Shown here: positions 55,616 to 64,000 of the stretch, piece after piece
Position numbering within the stretch: position 1 is the first letter of the stretch
How the letters are laid out: each line of letters begins with the position of its first letter
Origin: a virus
Lineage: Duplodnaviria; Caudoviricetes
IMG/VR virus record: IMGVR_UViG_2886410390_000001
Location: 11,210-75,209 of that record
Strand: one strand, 5' to 3'
Length of the DNA: 64,000 nucleotides
The notes under the pieces: model-generated
Told to the model about the DNA's origin: nothing
Databases searched by the model: none
Seen by the model: only the letters and a program-made list of their open reading frames with translations
Program-made: the position numbers and the translations under genes

Positions 55616-55741
55616 ACGGTGACTCCTACTGGGGACTGCGGGCTGGGCCGAGACCGCGTGCCGGAGTTGCACCGGCGCGCACGGGGTGACGTGCGCTGCT
55701 GCTCCGCGGTGGTGCCGGATGCGTTCCGGCGAGGGGGCGGG

Positions 55742-56017
55742 CTACGCCGGGCGGAACGGCTCGCCGTCGTGCTCGGCGACGCGGGCCAGCATGGCCACGT
55801 AGTTGCCACCGTCGGTCAGCGCAATCAGCGCGGCGACGGAGTCACCGCGGGCCTGCGCGTGCTCCGCCTGGGCGAGGTGCCGCTTCAGCTCCAGCCAGAG
55901 GTCGGCCGGCTGCGCATCGAGGAACGCTTCCCCGGGCCCGCGCTCCGGTACCTTCGCGTCCAACCTCTCCGCCATGCGCTGCGTGTGCTTCACCAGGTGC
56001 GGCCACTTCGTGTCCAT
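55742..56017 (-). CDS. Small helical phage protein (possible MazG-like fold)
   Basis: L..EL..HL...D.GNY.AML pattern. Confidence 0.4.
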   Translation of the reverse strand: MDTKWPHLVKHTQRMAERLDAKVPERGPGEAFLDAQPADLWLELKRHLAQAEHAQARGDSVAALIALTDGGNYVAMLARVAEHDGEPFRPA

Positions 56018-56047
56018 GCATCCTCCGGGCATGTTGCGAGAGAAAGA

Positions 56048-56089
56048 GCGGGCCCGGCCCAGTCAGGGGGGAAACCGAGCCGGGCCCGC
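56048..56089 (-). terminator. Putative intrinsic terminator on minus strand
   Basis: GCGGGCCCGGC / GCCGGGCCCGC 11-bp inverted repeat followed by TCTTTCT on minus strand. Confidence 0.45.
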
Positions 56090-56312
56090 GGTGGCGCACG
56101 ACGAGCGCGCCGTGAAGGACTGCCCCGCCGGGCCCAATGCCCGGCGGGTGTGGAGGTGAGCAGGGTTGATCGGCCCAGCCGGAGCAACTGCTGCTGGCCC
56201 GCCCACCACCACGAGAAGGCCCCGCCCAGCCGGGCGCGGGGTGCCGCCAGAAGGCGGCGAGTGCGCGAGCGTGGAGCTGGGGCCGCAGCTCCACCTACTC
56301 CGCGCGTGAGGC

Positions 56313-57380
56313 TCAGCCGTCCGAGCCCGGCTCCGGCGCGGCGTCCTGCTGCAGGGGCACGCGGCAGCGCAACTCCGATTCGGCCTCCAGGAGGGCGAGG
56401 TTCTCCCGCATGGCCTTGGCCCAGCGTGCCCTCGGCTGCTCCTGGAGCTTCTCGTTCGCCATGTCGATGGTCTCGCTCAGCTCCGCGTCGGACAGCTCCG
56501 AGGCCGCCTTCCCCTTGTAGGGACCGAAGGCCACCACGGTGGAGGGACGGGGCGCGGCGGATGCCTGGGCGGCCGGAGCCTTCTCCTCCACGCGCTTCAG
56601 CATGGGCGCCGCCTCGGGCGCCTTCGCACTCACCGGCTGCGCCAGCTCCAGCGCCTCGCGGGTGGACGTCTTCGCGGGGAGCGCAGTGGCAGGGGCGGCC
56701 CGCGTGGCCTGTGCCGGCGCCGCCTGCGCGGGCGGGGTGGTGGACTGCGCCTCCTGCTCGGGCACCTCCCCAGCCTCGTCGGCGGGCAGTTCCTCGCGGA
56801 CGTACAGGCCGCCGAAGGCCTCCGGGTACGCCTTGCGCAGGGCCGCCACGCGCGCGCACTTCTCAATCATCGTCGTGGGAATCTTGGCCCACAGCGGCGT
56901 CTGCTGGACGTAGCCGCTGAAGTCCAGCCACACGACGACGGGCAGCTTCCCGTCGCGCACCACGCGGGACCAGGCCCCCACCAGGGAGCCCTTCCGCTTC
57001 GCCGGATTGAAGCGGTGCACCACCTCGCCCTTGCCCTGGTCCACGATGATTTCGTCCTCGGCGAACACCGCGCTCGCCTGGAGGCCGCGGAAGTCCGGGA
57101 AGCGCTCCGCGCGGGCGAGCATGCCGGCCTCGGAGGGCTGGAACTCGTGCTTCGTCACCCAGTTGGGGCGCTCGCGGTTGCCGATGTTGAGCCGACGCGC
57201 GACGCAGAAGGCTTCCTTGAGCAGCGGGTCCAGGCCGCTGCGCTTGCACTGCTCCAGGAAGAGGGCGAACTCGTCCTCGCTGATGCCCTTGGGGCAGATG
57301 GTGCGCCGAATCAACTCCCGGCGCTCCGACGTCCAGCCACTGCTGTTGTTGCCCGGCACGTTCCCGTCAGCCATGGTCAT
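56313..57380 (-). CDS. bet: Phage single-strand annealing recombinase (Bet/RecT family)
   Basis: EFALFLEQCKRSGLDPLLKEAF; W.KIPTTMIEKCARVAALRKAYPEAFGGLY..EE; GGGGAG RBS. Confidence 0.9.
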   Translation of the reverse strand: MTMADGNVPGNNSSGWTSERRELIRRTICPKGISEDEFALFLEQCKRSGLDPLLKEAFCVARRLNIGNRERPNWVTKHEFQPSEAGMLARAERFPDFRGLQASAVFAEDEIIVDQGKGEVVHRFNPAKRKGSLVGAWSRVVRDGKLPVVVWLDFSGYVQQTPLWAKIPTTMIEKCARVAALRKAYPEAFGGLYVREELPADEAGEVPEQEAQSTTPPAQAAPAQATRAAPATALPAKTSTREALELAQPVSAKAPEAAPMLKRVEEKAPAAQASAAPRPSTVVAFGPYKGKAASELSDAELSETIDMANEKLQEQPRARWAKAMRENLALLEAESELRCRVPLQQDAAPEPGSDG

Positions 57381-57387
57381 ACTCCCC

Positions 57388-57594
57388 TCAGTCCTCGTAG
57401 CGCTCGCCGGCTTCCTGCTCAGCGCGGCGCAGCAGTTCGCGTAGCTCGGCGGTCCACTCGTCCGCCGCGTCGTCCCACTCCAGGTCCCCGGCCCTGTGCC
57501 GTCCCTCGTGCCGGTCCTCGCGCTCGCACAGCACCCATGACTTCTCCGGGTGCTCCGTGAATGCGTGACAGAGGTAGAAGAAGGTCGAAGGCAA
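57388..57594 (-). CDS. Small hypothetical protein
   Basis: 68 aa, acidic; operon spacing. Confidence 0.5.
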   Translation of the reverse strand: MPSTFFYLCHAFTEHPEKSWVLCEREDRHEGRHRAGDLEWDDAADEWTAELRELLRRAEQEAGERYED

Positions 57595-57637
57595 TGGAAC
57601 CTCGCAAGTTCCATTGGGTACACCCTACGTCTGACAT

Positions 57638-58036
57638 TCATTGTGTCTCGCGCTCTTGCGCGTTGAGCGCCGCGACGCCCGCCGCCCACTTCGCCTTGAG
57701 GGCCCACCACGACTCCACGTCGAGGAAGGACAGCAGGGCCACCTCGCTCGCGCGGAGCGCCACCGCCTCACTGCGGTAGCGCGTCACCGCGCTCTGCTCC
57801 TCGTGCCACAGGTGCTGTGTCGCCCGAGTGCCGTCGGGCGTCAGGCGGGCGCGCGCGTCCTGGGCGGCGCGGAGTGCCTCCATGGCCTGCGCCTGGCGCG
57901 CCGGCAGGGCCGCTGCCTCGGCCATGGCCTTTCGGATGGCCTCCACCTGCTCCGGCCTCCACCACGCCGTCAGGCCGCGAAGACGGCGGCACACGTCGCC
58001 CAACTCGCCCACGGGCTCAGGAGTCGCGCATGTCAC
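57638..58036 (-). CDS. Hypothetical coiled-coil protein
   Basis: Coding-like frame in leftward operon; start uncertain. Confidence 0.5.
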   Translation of the reverse strand: MTCATPEPVGELGDVCRRLRGLTAWWRPEQVEAIRKAMAEAAALPARQAQAMEALRAAQDARARLTPDGTRATQHLWHEEQSAVTRYRSEAVALRASEVALLSFLDVESWWALKAKWAAGVAALNAQERETQ

Positions 58037-58073
58037 GACGCGTCCTCCGAGCTCCGCTTCAGGGGCTGACCGT

Positions 58074-59003
58074 TCACGGCGACACCGCCCGTCCCTGCTC
58101 GCGGTAGTACTCAACGTCGGCCGGCCGAAGCGGGAAGCGCACCGCGTCCCAGACCTGGTGGTGCCCCTCGACTCGCCAGCCGTCGGCGTCCCACGCCGCA
58201 AGAGCGGCCTCGCGCGAAAGGACTCCGTCGACCGGGCACAGCACCTGCTGGCCGTCCCACAGCACCCAGTGGCCGCTCCCGGCCTCGTGACGGAGCAGGA
58301 TGAAGGCGCGACCGATGCGCGGAACGTCCGGCTCGCATGATGGGTCGAGGTCGAGCCCCGCGGCCTGGACTGCAATCCGAAGCCCGTACGCTCCGCACTC
58401 GCCCGTCCTCCCCATCAGCTCGCACACCGTCTCCACCGACTGCCCCGTGAGCATGGCGACGCAGGTTTGGCCGCACTGCGCTGGCTTCTGTGGATGCCAC
58501 CGGAGCCGGCCCAGCGGACGGCGGGCCCGGTACCAGCGGCGCCAGTGGGGGTAGGCGGTGCGCCAGCCGAGCGCGACGGCCCCCACCCACCCGAATGCCG
58601 CTGCCAGTGCCACGAGCCCCAGCCAGGGCAGTAGCGCGCGGAGCTGCGCAGCGCGCGGGGAGCACTCCACGCGCACCGGCTCGCGCCCTTCCGCCTGCGC
58701 CTGCTCACGCTCCCGCGCGGACACCGAGTCCAGCTCGGCGCCGTACAGCAGCAGCGCGAGGGAGGCGGCCAGGGCCACCGCGCTGCGCAGCGACTCCCAC
58801 GCGGGTGTGGCACCCAGCGTCGCGCCGTACTGGGCCACCACGGCACCCAACAGCAGCGCCCCGTAGACGGCGCGCTCCACGTGCCACGTGCGCAGCCCGG
58901 CAGCGTCGACGCGGGCCCCCAGGGCCAGCAACGCCCGGCGCAGCCAGGGGCTCGGCTCCGCGCGCTCTTCGACTACTTGGCAAAGCTCCGCCAGCAGCGT
59001 CAT
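58074..59003 (-). CDS. Multi-TM membrane protein with C-terminal C39-like peptidase domain
   Basis: 3-4 hydrophobic segments; Q...QCGQTCVAML...GHWVLWDG..V.CP. Confidence 0.65.
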   Translation of the reverse strand: MTLLAELCQVVEERAEPSPWLRRALLALGARVDAAGLRTWHVERAVYGALLLGAVVAQYGATLGATPAWESLRSAVALAASLALLLYGAELDSVSAREREQAQAEGREPVRVECSPRAAQLRALLPWLGLVALAAAFGWVGAVALGWRTAYPHWRRWYRARRPLGRLRWHPQKPAQCGQTCVAMLTGQSVETVCELMGRTGECGAYGLRIAVQAAGLDLDPSCEPDVPRIGRAFILLRHEAGSGHWVLWDGQQVLCPVDGVLSREAALAAWDADGWRVEGHHQVWDAVRFPLRPADVEYYREQGRAVSP

Positions 59004-59083
59004 GGACGCCTCCTGCAACCGGTGAGAGGGAAGGGGCCGGGATGCGCTCCCGGCGGGCGGCCTCGCGCAAGAGGCAGGGCAGC

Positions 59084-59296
59084 CTACGCGTCCGTCGGGT
59101 CGTTCTTCACCGCGAGCTGGAGCAGCTCGTAGAGCCCCTCAGGCCAGTCCTTCGGCTCGCCGTAGCACTCCACCGACGCCAACAGATCCTTCGCCAGGGC
59201 CCGGGGCCACTTCGCCGGACGCTGCTTCCGCTGCGGACCCTCGAAGAGGGAGTTCACCGCGTCCTGCTTCTCCTGTTCCGTCATCTCTCCAGCCAT
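59084..59296 (-). CDS. Small hypothetical protein, first gene of leftward operon
   Basis: 70 aa; divergent from regulator. Confidence 0.5.
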   Translation of the reverse strand: MAGEMTEQEKQDAVNSLFEGPQRKQRPAKWPRALAKDLLASVECYGEPKDWPEGLYELLQLAVKNDPTDA

Positions 59297-59512
59297 GTGC
59301 TGCCCCCTGGTTGCTGGTGCTGCGCCTCGACGTCCTCGCGGCCCGTGCCGCTCGCGCCCGCCCGTCGTCCCTCTCCCTCCCGGGAGCCCCGTCCGTCCGC
59401 CGTCACTTCGGAAACAACTTATAAGCGCAATGATAGCAGTTTGCAAGCGATTGGTTTACCGTATGCGAGCGTTGACCGGCACGCTGCCGGACGCCTACAT
59501 GGAGGGATTCCC

Positions 59513-59866
59513 GTGACGCGAGGTGCCGCCGTGGCGCAGTACAAGAGGCCGGAGAAGCGTGAGGAGCCGCTGGGCCTTCGTCTGACGAAGACGGAGAACG
59601 AGGAGTTGTTGAACGCCCTGGCCGAGGAGAAGAAGGACTCGGCCAACAAGGAGATGACGCGGACTGAGCTGGGCCAGCTCATCTGGACGGACGGGCTCGA
59701 CCTGTACGCTGCGCGACAGGTCGCCGGCCCGGAGCGGGTCCGAGCCTTGGCCGCTCGCGCCTACGCAGGTGACGAGCGCGCCCTTCTGGCGGAAGCGCTC
59801 CGTCGCCTGCTGGAGTCCGCTGAGTCGCCCGTGCCGGAGAAGTCGGCGAAGAAGGGCGGCAAGTAG
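59513..59866 (+). CDS. Putative ribbon-helix-helix regulator (candidate repressor)
   Basis: EEPLGLRLTKTENEELL...TRTELGQLIW.DGL strand-helix-helix pattern; divergent from leftward early operon. Confidence 0.5.
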   Translation: MTRGAAVAQYKRPEKREEPLGLRLTKTENEELLNALAEEKKDSANKEMTRTELGQLIWTDGLDLYAARQVAGPERVRALAARAYAGDERALLAEALRRLLESAESPVPEKSAKKGGK

Positions 59867-59901
59867 ATGGGCAGCCGAGCGGCCGAGCGCGAGAGGGCCT
59901 C

Positions 59902-60714
59902 ATGAATAAGGGCACCCGCAGAACGTCAGGGGTAGGGCAACGATCGGACGGGACCGAGCAGCACCACTACGTCTCGAAGCTGCGCGATCTACCGGGCTTC
60001 GGCCGGGTGTACCTCGCGTTTGCTCGCGACACTGAAGCACCGGCCATCGTGCAGGCGTACACCGGCCGCCAGCAGCCTCTCCCCGCCGGGCTGGAGCTGC
60101 TCGTGAGCACGGGTGATGAGCCGCGCAACCTGACTGTGGAGGTCCGCGGCACTGGCGGCCCGCTGGTGGACGCACTCGAGGACGCCAGCAACCTCCTGGA
60201 CGCGGCCCTGTCGCGTCCTGAGACGATGACGCACCTGCAGCGCAGGCGGCGCGCGCGTGGACGCACGCACCGGACGGCCTGGCTTGGGTGGGCCAGCGCC
60301 GGTGTGAGCCTCTCCCTCGCAGCGGGCTTGGCGCTGTGTCTGCTGTCTCGTGACGCGCAGCCGCCCGGCGAATCCCACGAGCCGATAGCCCAGGCCTCGG
60401 TGCCCAAGGAGGCCGTAGAGGACGTGCCTCTGCCGACGGAGGTTGCGAGCTGGGCCAACGTTCTCGGTAGCAGTAGCGATCGCGAGCCACTCACCATCCG
60501 GAAGCGGTATGTCATTCCGGACAAACCGCTCAAGGGGCAGGACACGCCGCCGTGCCTGCGCGGGCACGTAGCCATCAACGGCGGGTGCTGGGTGCGCCTG
60601 AAGGATGACGCGCCGAACTGTCCTGAGGGGAGTGCCGAATACAAGGGAGGCTGCTACCTGCCTGTGAAGGGGGAGAAGCCGGGATCCGTGAGCATCGACC
60701 GGAGCCGGCCGTGA
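59902..60714 (+). CDS. Membrane protein carrying the Cys-rich C-terminal domain of myxobacterial Ser/Thr kinases, lacking most of the kinase domain
   Basis: GFGRVYLA loop remnant; TM; PDKPLKGQ..PPC....AINGGCWV.L...PNC.EG..EYKGGCYLP. Confidence 0.7.
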   Translation: MNKGTRRTSGVGQRSDGTEQHHYVSKLRDLPGFGRVYLAFARDTEAPAIVQAYTGRQQPLPAGLELLVSTGDEPRNLTVEVRGTGGPLVDALEDASNLLDAALSRPETMTHLQRRRRARGRTHRTAWLGWASAGVSLSLAAGLALCLLSRDAQPPGESHEPIAQASVPKEAVEDVPLPTEVASWANVLGSSSDREPLTIRKRYVIPDKPLKGQDTPPCLRGHVAINGGCWVRLKDDAPNCPEGSAEYKGGCYLPVKGEKPGSVSIDRSRP

Positions 60715-60995
60715 CCGTTCCGGCTGTGACTCTCGGACAGGTGCGCGAAGGGAAGACCGCGAAGCCGTTCCCGCCTCGAGTCGAGCGCGTCAGCATCGCC
60801 GGCGAAGGTAACGGTACCTTCCGAGTGCTGCGCCCTGGTCATGCCCCCGCGTGGCTCAAGCCCGGAACCATCGCCCGCCGCTGGCCCGTCGTCGTCAAAG
60901 GTGGCGCCACGGCGAAGGCGCCCGCTGTGCGATACGAACTCGACCCATCGGCCAAGACGAAGCAGCAGCGCACCGGGAAAACAGGAGGCAAGTGA
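60711..60995 (+). CDS. Small basic hypothetical protein (paralog A)
   Basis: Coupled start/stop; similar to next ORF. Confidence 0.55.
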   Translation: MTVPAVTLGQVREGKTAKPFPPRVERVSIAGEGNGTFRVLRPGHAPAWLKPGTIARRWPVVVKGGATAKAPAVRYELDPSAKTKQQRTGKTGGK

Positions 60996-61381
60996 TGGGC
61001 GTCAATGCCAGGGGAGTCCAGGAGGGGCAAACGCGGCAGGACCCGAATGCAATCGGGCGCTACACCGTTACCGTCACCATCGGAAAGAGGGAGGCTGACG
61101 GACGGTTCCGGGTCATCTACCCGAGCGGTGCCGTAAAGCGCCAATCGGCCGCTACCATTGCCTCACGGTTCCCGGTCGTGGTCGTGACGAGGCGGGCCAT
61201 CCTTGAACGGGAGCCGACAGCGGAGGCGCTGGAGACAGAGGTGCAGCGCCTGCGCGCGTGGCAGATAGAGGCGATTGCCCTGCTGAGTACGGCTGTCACC
61301 TACGTCCCCCAGAACAAGCCCACGCTCCGGAAGCGGATTGCGGACTGCATTGCCAGCGCCGCCAAGGAACCCACGCCGTGA
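60995..61381 (+). CDS. Hypothetical protein (paralog B plus helical extension)
   Basis: TGATG coupling, GGAGG RBS. Confidence 0.6.
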   Translation: MGVNARGVQEGQTRQDPNAIGRYTVTVTIGKREADGRFRVIYPSGAVKRQSAATIASRFPVVVVTRRAILEREPTAEALETEVQRLRAWQIEAIALLSTAVTYVPQNKPTLRKRIADCIASAAKEPTP

Positions 61382-62430
61382 GCCGTAGGCGGATGGTCCT
61401 CGGCAAACTGCTGGGACTCATCGTCTGGATCCCCATCGCAGGCGTCATGTACATCGTCGGCTAGCGGGTATTCGCCGAGAAAGGCACTCCCCTGGAGCGG
61501 TGCTTACGCGGCAAGACTCCGAGCGAGTTCTCCGACCAAGACCAGCGCTCCCTGACGGTGCTGTTCAGGATGTACGCCATCGTGAGTGCGCTGCAGCTGC
61601 GGAGAGGAACTCGAAGCCATGATGCCCCAGTCCGCCGCGCCACCTGCGTGTCCATGCGCGCCAAGCCCGGCCTGTCCGCGCCCGCCGTGACGCAGGCACG
61701 TGCTGTTCCGCCGCTGTGCGCCTGGCGTGCAGTTGCGGCAGCGCATGGGGCTGCGACGACCACGGCGAGCATCACGGTCAGCATGAGGACGCGGGCACCA
61801 AGGTGCTCCATTCGCTCGGGCTGCTTACGTGTAGCAGTCGGGCTTGACAGCGCCCGCACAGCGGGTGCACCTTGCATGGTGAAGCACGTAGTACCTCGCT
61901 GGGGCTTCGGCTCAGGTAAGCAGCGAGACACCAACCCAGACTTCTGAGCGCCGGTGGCACCACTGCGGTGGACCACTCGCGTTCCGGCTCCCGCTGCCAG
62001 TCTTACCTCTGTCAGCGCGGAGCCGTCTTTCCGGGGTTACGCAGTGCTCGCCCAGCTAGAACCAGCACAGAGCCGAGTCGCCGAGCATGGCGCCCCCAGC
62101 CCGCAGTCCGCCTCTGGAGGGGCTATGGCTACGTCGCGCGTCGCCGTCCGACTATGCAGCCCGCCCGCGCATGCGGCATTGAGCGCCACCCCGGTGCCTC
62201 CCGCTCTCCGAAGCTGGACGGTGCGTCCAGCGTCTGCACTGTCCGCGCCCTCGCAGCACGCGCTCGTGCGCGTGCCTGCGGGCGCCTGTCACCTCACTTC
62301 CGCACTCGACGTCGTTGGGCATGCTCAACGCCCATGCCCGCCGTGAATTGGCGCGGTGGTTGCTGATGTAGGCGCGCACGCGCATGGCGGAACCGCGCCC
62401 GCCCCGTAGGGTTGTCTTACGACGTTGAAC

Positions 62431-62446
62431 CTGATAGGTTGTTCAG
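62431..62446. promoter_or_regulatory. Putative Myxococcus-type LexA (SOS) box upstream of xis-int
   Basis: CTGATA-GGTT-GTTCAG vs recalled consensus CTRHAM-RYBY-GTTCAG (14/16). Confidence 0.4.
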
Positions 62447-62477
62447 TGGGGTGGCAATGAGGAGCGGGGGTGAGGAT

Positions 62478-62735
62478 ATGGGCAACTGCGATGGTGGTTC
62501 CAACAACTCCGGTGCCTCTGGCAACGCGCGCCCTTCGCTCGTCGTCGTGCCCGAGGGAGGACTGTGGACAGCGGCTGACGTGGCCGCCTACCTCAGCCTC
62601 TCCGTCGACTGGGTGTGGAAGCAGGTGCGGTGCAATTCGGGCCTGCCCTTCATCCGCCTCGGCCGCAACGTGCGCTTCGACCCGGACAAGGTGAAGGCAT
62701 GGCTGGCAGCTCAGCCGCAGGGAGGCAAGCAGTGA
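62478..62735 (+). CDS. xis: Excisionase-like HTH (HTH_17)
   Basis: LWTAADVAAYLSLS..WV......LP.IRLGRNVRFD...V.AWL; directly upstream of integrase. Confidence 0.85.
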   Translation: MGNCDGGSNNSGASGNARPSLVVVPEGGLWTAADVAAYLSLSVDWVWKQVRCNSGLPFIRLGRNVRFDPDKVKAWLAAQPQGGKQ

Positions 62736-64000
62736 AGCCCGGGGCGTACTTCAGGCCCAACAAGGAGGGCAAGGCGGTGCTTGCCGCGAGCAAGCGCCTG
62801 CAGCGGCGCGCGCCGGAGTACGGCACCTGGTGGGTGCGCTACACCGACTCGGCCGGGGTGGTGCGCCGTGAGCGGTGCAGCGAGGTGATGCAGGAGGCAG
62901 CGCATAAGCGCGCCATGGAACTGCACCTCCTCGCCGAACGCCGTCGGAAGGGGCTCGAGGTAGACGCCCTCAACATCATCCCCTGCCGGAGGATGCACGA
63001 GCTCTACTTGGAGGCGCACGCGCACCTGAGCAGCCAGGCGCCGATGCGCAGCCAAGTGAAGAACTGGTTCGACCCGCACTTCGGCAGCACCCCCACGGCG
63101 GACGTCACCCCGGCCGACTGCGAGGCGCTGCTCACCAAGGCGCGGAAGGCGGGGCAGAAGCCCGCCACGGTGCGGCAGCTCCACATCCGCGGGCGCCTCA
63201 TTTGGAAGTACGCCGTCAACCGGCTCCGCGCGGCGAAGGAGAATCCGTGGAACAGCGTAGTGCGCCCCACGGTGCCGAAGGTGCCCGTCGTCTTCCTCTC
63301 ACGAGAGCAGGTGAACGGCATCCTTGACGCGGCGGGCCCGTTTCGCTTCCTCCTCCTCCTGGCGGTACTAACCGGCGGGCGGCGTGGCGAATTCGGGGGG
63401 CTGCGCTGGGATGACTTCCACCTGGACGAGGGCCCGACGGGCACCGTCCACTACCGGCGCAGCTGGGCGCGAAGCACCACCAAGGGCAGCAAGGCGCGGG
63501 TGGTGCCGCTGCACCCGGTGCTACTCCCGGAGATTGAGCGCGCACGGCGGGCGGCTACGTCGGAGTTCGTTTTCCCGGCGCCGCGCAAGGGCGGCATGCG
63601 GCACGAGGCGTGGCACACCGCGAAGCTGGTGCGCAGCATCGCCCGGCGCGCGGGCGTGGAGTTGCCCAGGGGCACGACCTTCCACACCCTCCGCAAGACG
63701 TTCCTGACGCACCTGATTCGGGACACAGGCGGGGACATCGCCACCGCGCAGCAGCTGGCCGGGCACTCCACGCCGGCCGTCACCGCCACGTACTATGTCG
63801 GGCGAGACGTCGAGCACATGGCCAGCCGTGTCGCCGCGCTGCGCCTGGTGGGCGTGGCGGCGGCTGAGCACACCACGGACACACGGGCGGCAACTGGCAC
63901 CGCCGATGCTTTAGGAAACAACGAAAAGGAGGAGCAAATGCAGGGGGTTACCTACTCGGAGCGCTCGCGCCGCAGTCCCAGCGCCTTCATCTTCTTGTAG
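62732..64000 (+). CDS. int: Tyrosine recombinase / phage integrase
   Basis: Catalytic set: TGGRRGE (R), TTKG (K), FHTLRKT (HxxR), LAGHS (H), TATYY (Y); arm-binding-like N-terminus. Confidence 0.95.
   Translation: MKPGAYFRPNKEGKAVLAASKRLQRRAPEYGTWWVRYTDSAGVVRRERCSEVMQEAAHKRAMELHLLAERRRKGLEVDALNIIPCRRMHELYLEAHAHLSSQAPMRSQVKNWFDPHFGSTPTADVTPADCEALLTKARKAGQKPATVRQLHIRGRLIWKYAVNRLRAAKENPWNSVVRPTVPKVPVVFLSREQVNGILDAAGPFRFLLLLAVLTGGRRGEFGGLRWDDFHLDEGPTGTVHYRRSWARSTTKGSKARVVPLHPVLLPEIERARRAATSEFVFPAPRKGGMRHEAWHTAKLVRSIARRAGVELPRGTTFHTLRKTFLTHLIRDTGGDIATAQQLAGHSTPAVTATYYVGRDVEHMASRVAALRLVGVAAAEHTTDTRAATGTADALGNNEKEEQMQGVTYSERSRRSPSAFIFL
63952..64000 (-). CDS. 3' end of a convergent gene with Fis-type HTH (probably host sigma54/NtrC-family regulator); likely att region
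   Basis: Minus strand reads ...YKKMKALGLRRERSE* (TAG at 63954-63952), resembling the LYKK.K..G. end of the Fis HTH. Confidence 0.55.
   Translation of the reverse strand, partial: YKKMKALGLRRERSE

Larger units (their letters stand above)
1..64000. mobile_element. Integrated temperate siphovirus-type prophage (partial; left end outside window)
   Basis: Contiguous terminase-portal-capsid-tail-lysis modules, Bet recombinase, xis and tyrosine integrase at right edge. Confidence 0.95.

Noticed and set aside
59300-59510. Defined operators in the divergent promoter region
   Set aside because: AT-richer and promoter-like, with loose AAGCG.A.TG repeats, but too degenerate to call specific sites.
61461-62400. 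Genes or ncRNA between the paralog pair and xis
   Set aside because: Only weak ORFs (a possible signal-peptide ORF 61811-61461 on minus); no recognisable RNA structure or motif.
63850-64000. tRNA/tmRNA attachment site next to integrase
   Set aside because: No cloverleaf or tRNA 3' end (GTTCGA...CCA) seen on either strand; the sequence reads as a protein 3' end on the minus strand.

Overview
The window is most of a large, GC-rich temperate siphophage prophage with a lambda-like tail tip. A myxobacterial host is inferred from the gene content, not from a database search. Order: late-early genes (sce7726-like nuclease, RusA-like), terS/terL, portal, minor capsid, scaffold, major capsid, neck genes, tail tube, G/GT chaperone with a T TTT TTC -1 slip site, tape measure, gpM/L/K/I/J, a separate receptor-binding tail protein, and a lysis region with an NlpC/P60 endolysin. 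A ~15 kb accessory block follows at about 38-53 kb, then a leftward early operon (ASCH, amidohydrolase, Bet/RecT), a divergent RHH-like regulator, xis and a tyrosine integrase whose ORF ends at the last base of the window. The replication module and the other att end are not in the window. Top observation: two different tail-tip proteins, gpI and the receptor-binding protein after gpJ, each end in a Gly-rich linker plus a ~128-aa Hint (intein-like) domain running from CPAPW to SHN, with no splicing nucleophile after it. This suggests an autoprocessing or ligation step in tail-tip assembly. Also notable: an FN3 domain apparently split between gpJ and the next gene; an integrase ORF overlapping the 3' end of a convergent Fis-HTH (NtrC-like) gene, probably spanning att; a Myxococcus-type LexA-box match upstream of xis-int; a membrane-anchored UvrD helicase; lower-GC morons inside the tail operon (KAP NTPase, lipoprotein, membrane protein); an AHH nuclease/Imm11 pair; a C39 peptidase/TPR pair; and relics of an IS1182 element and a second phage. 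All family assignments come from motif recognition by eye.
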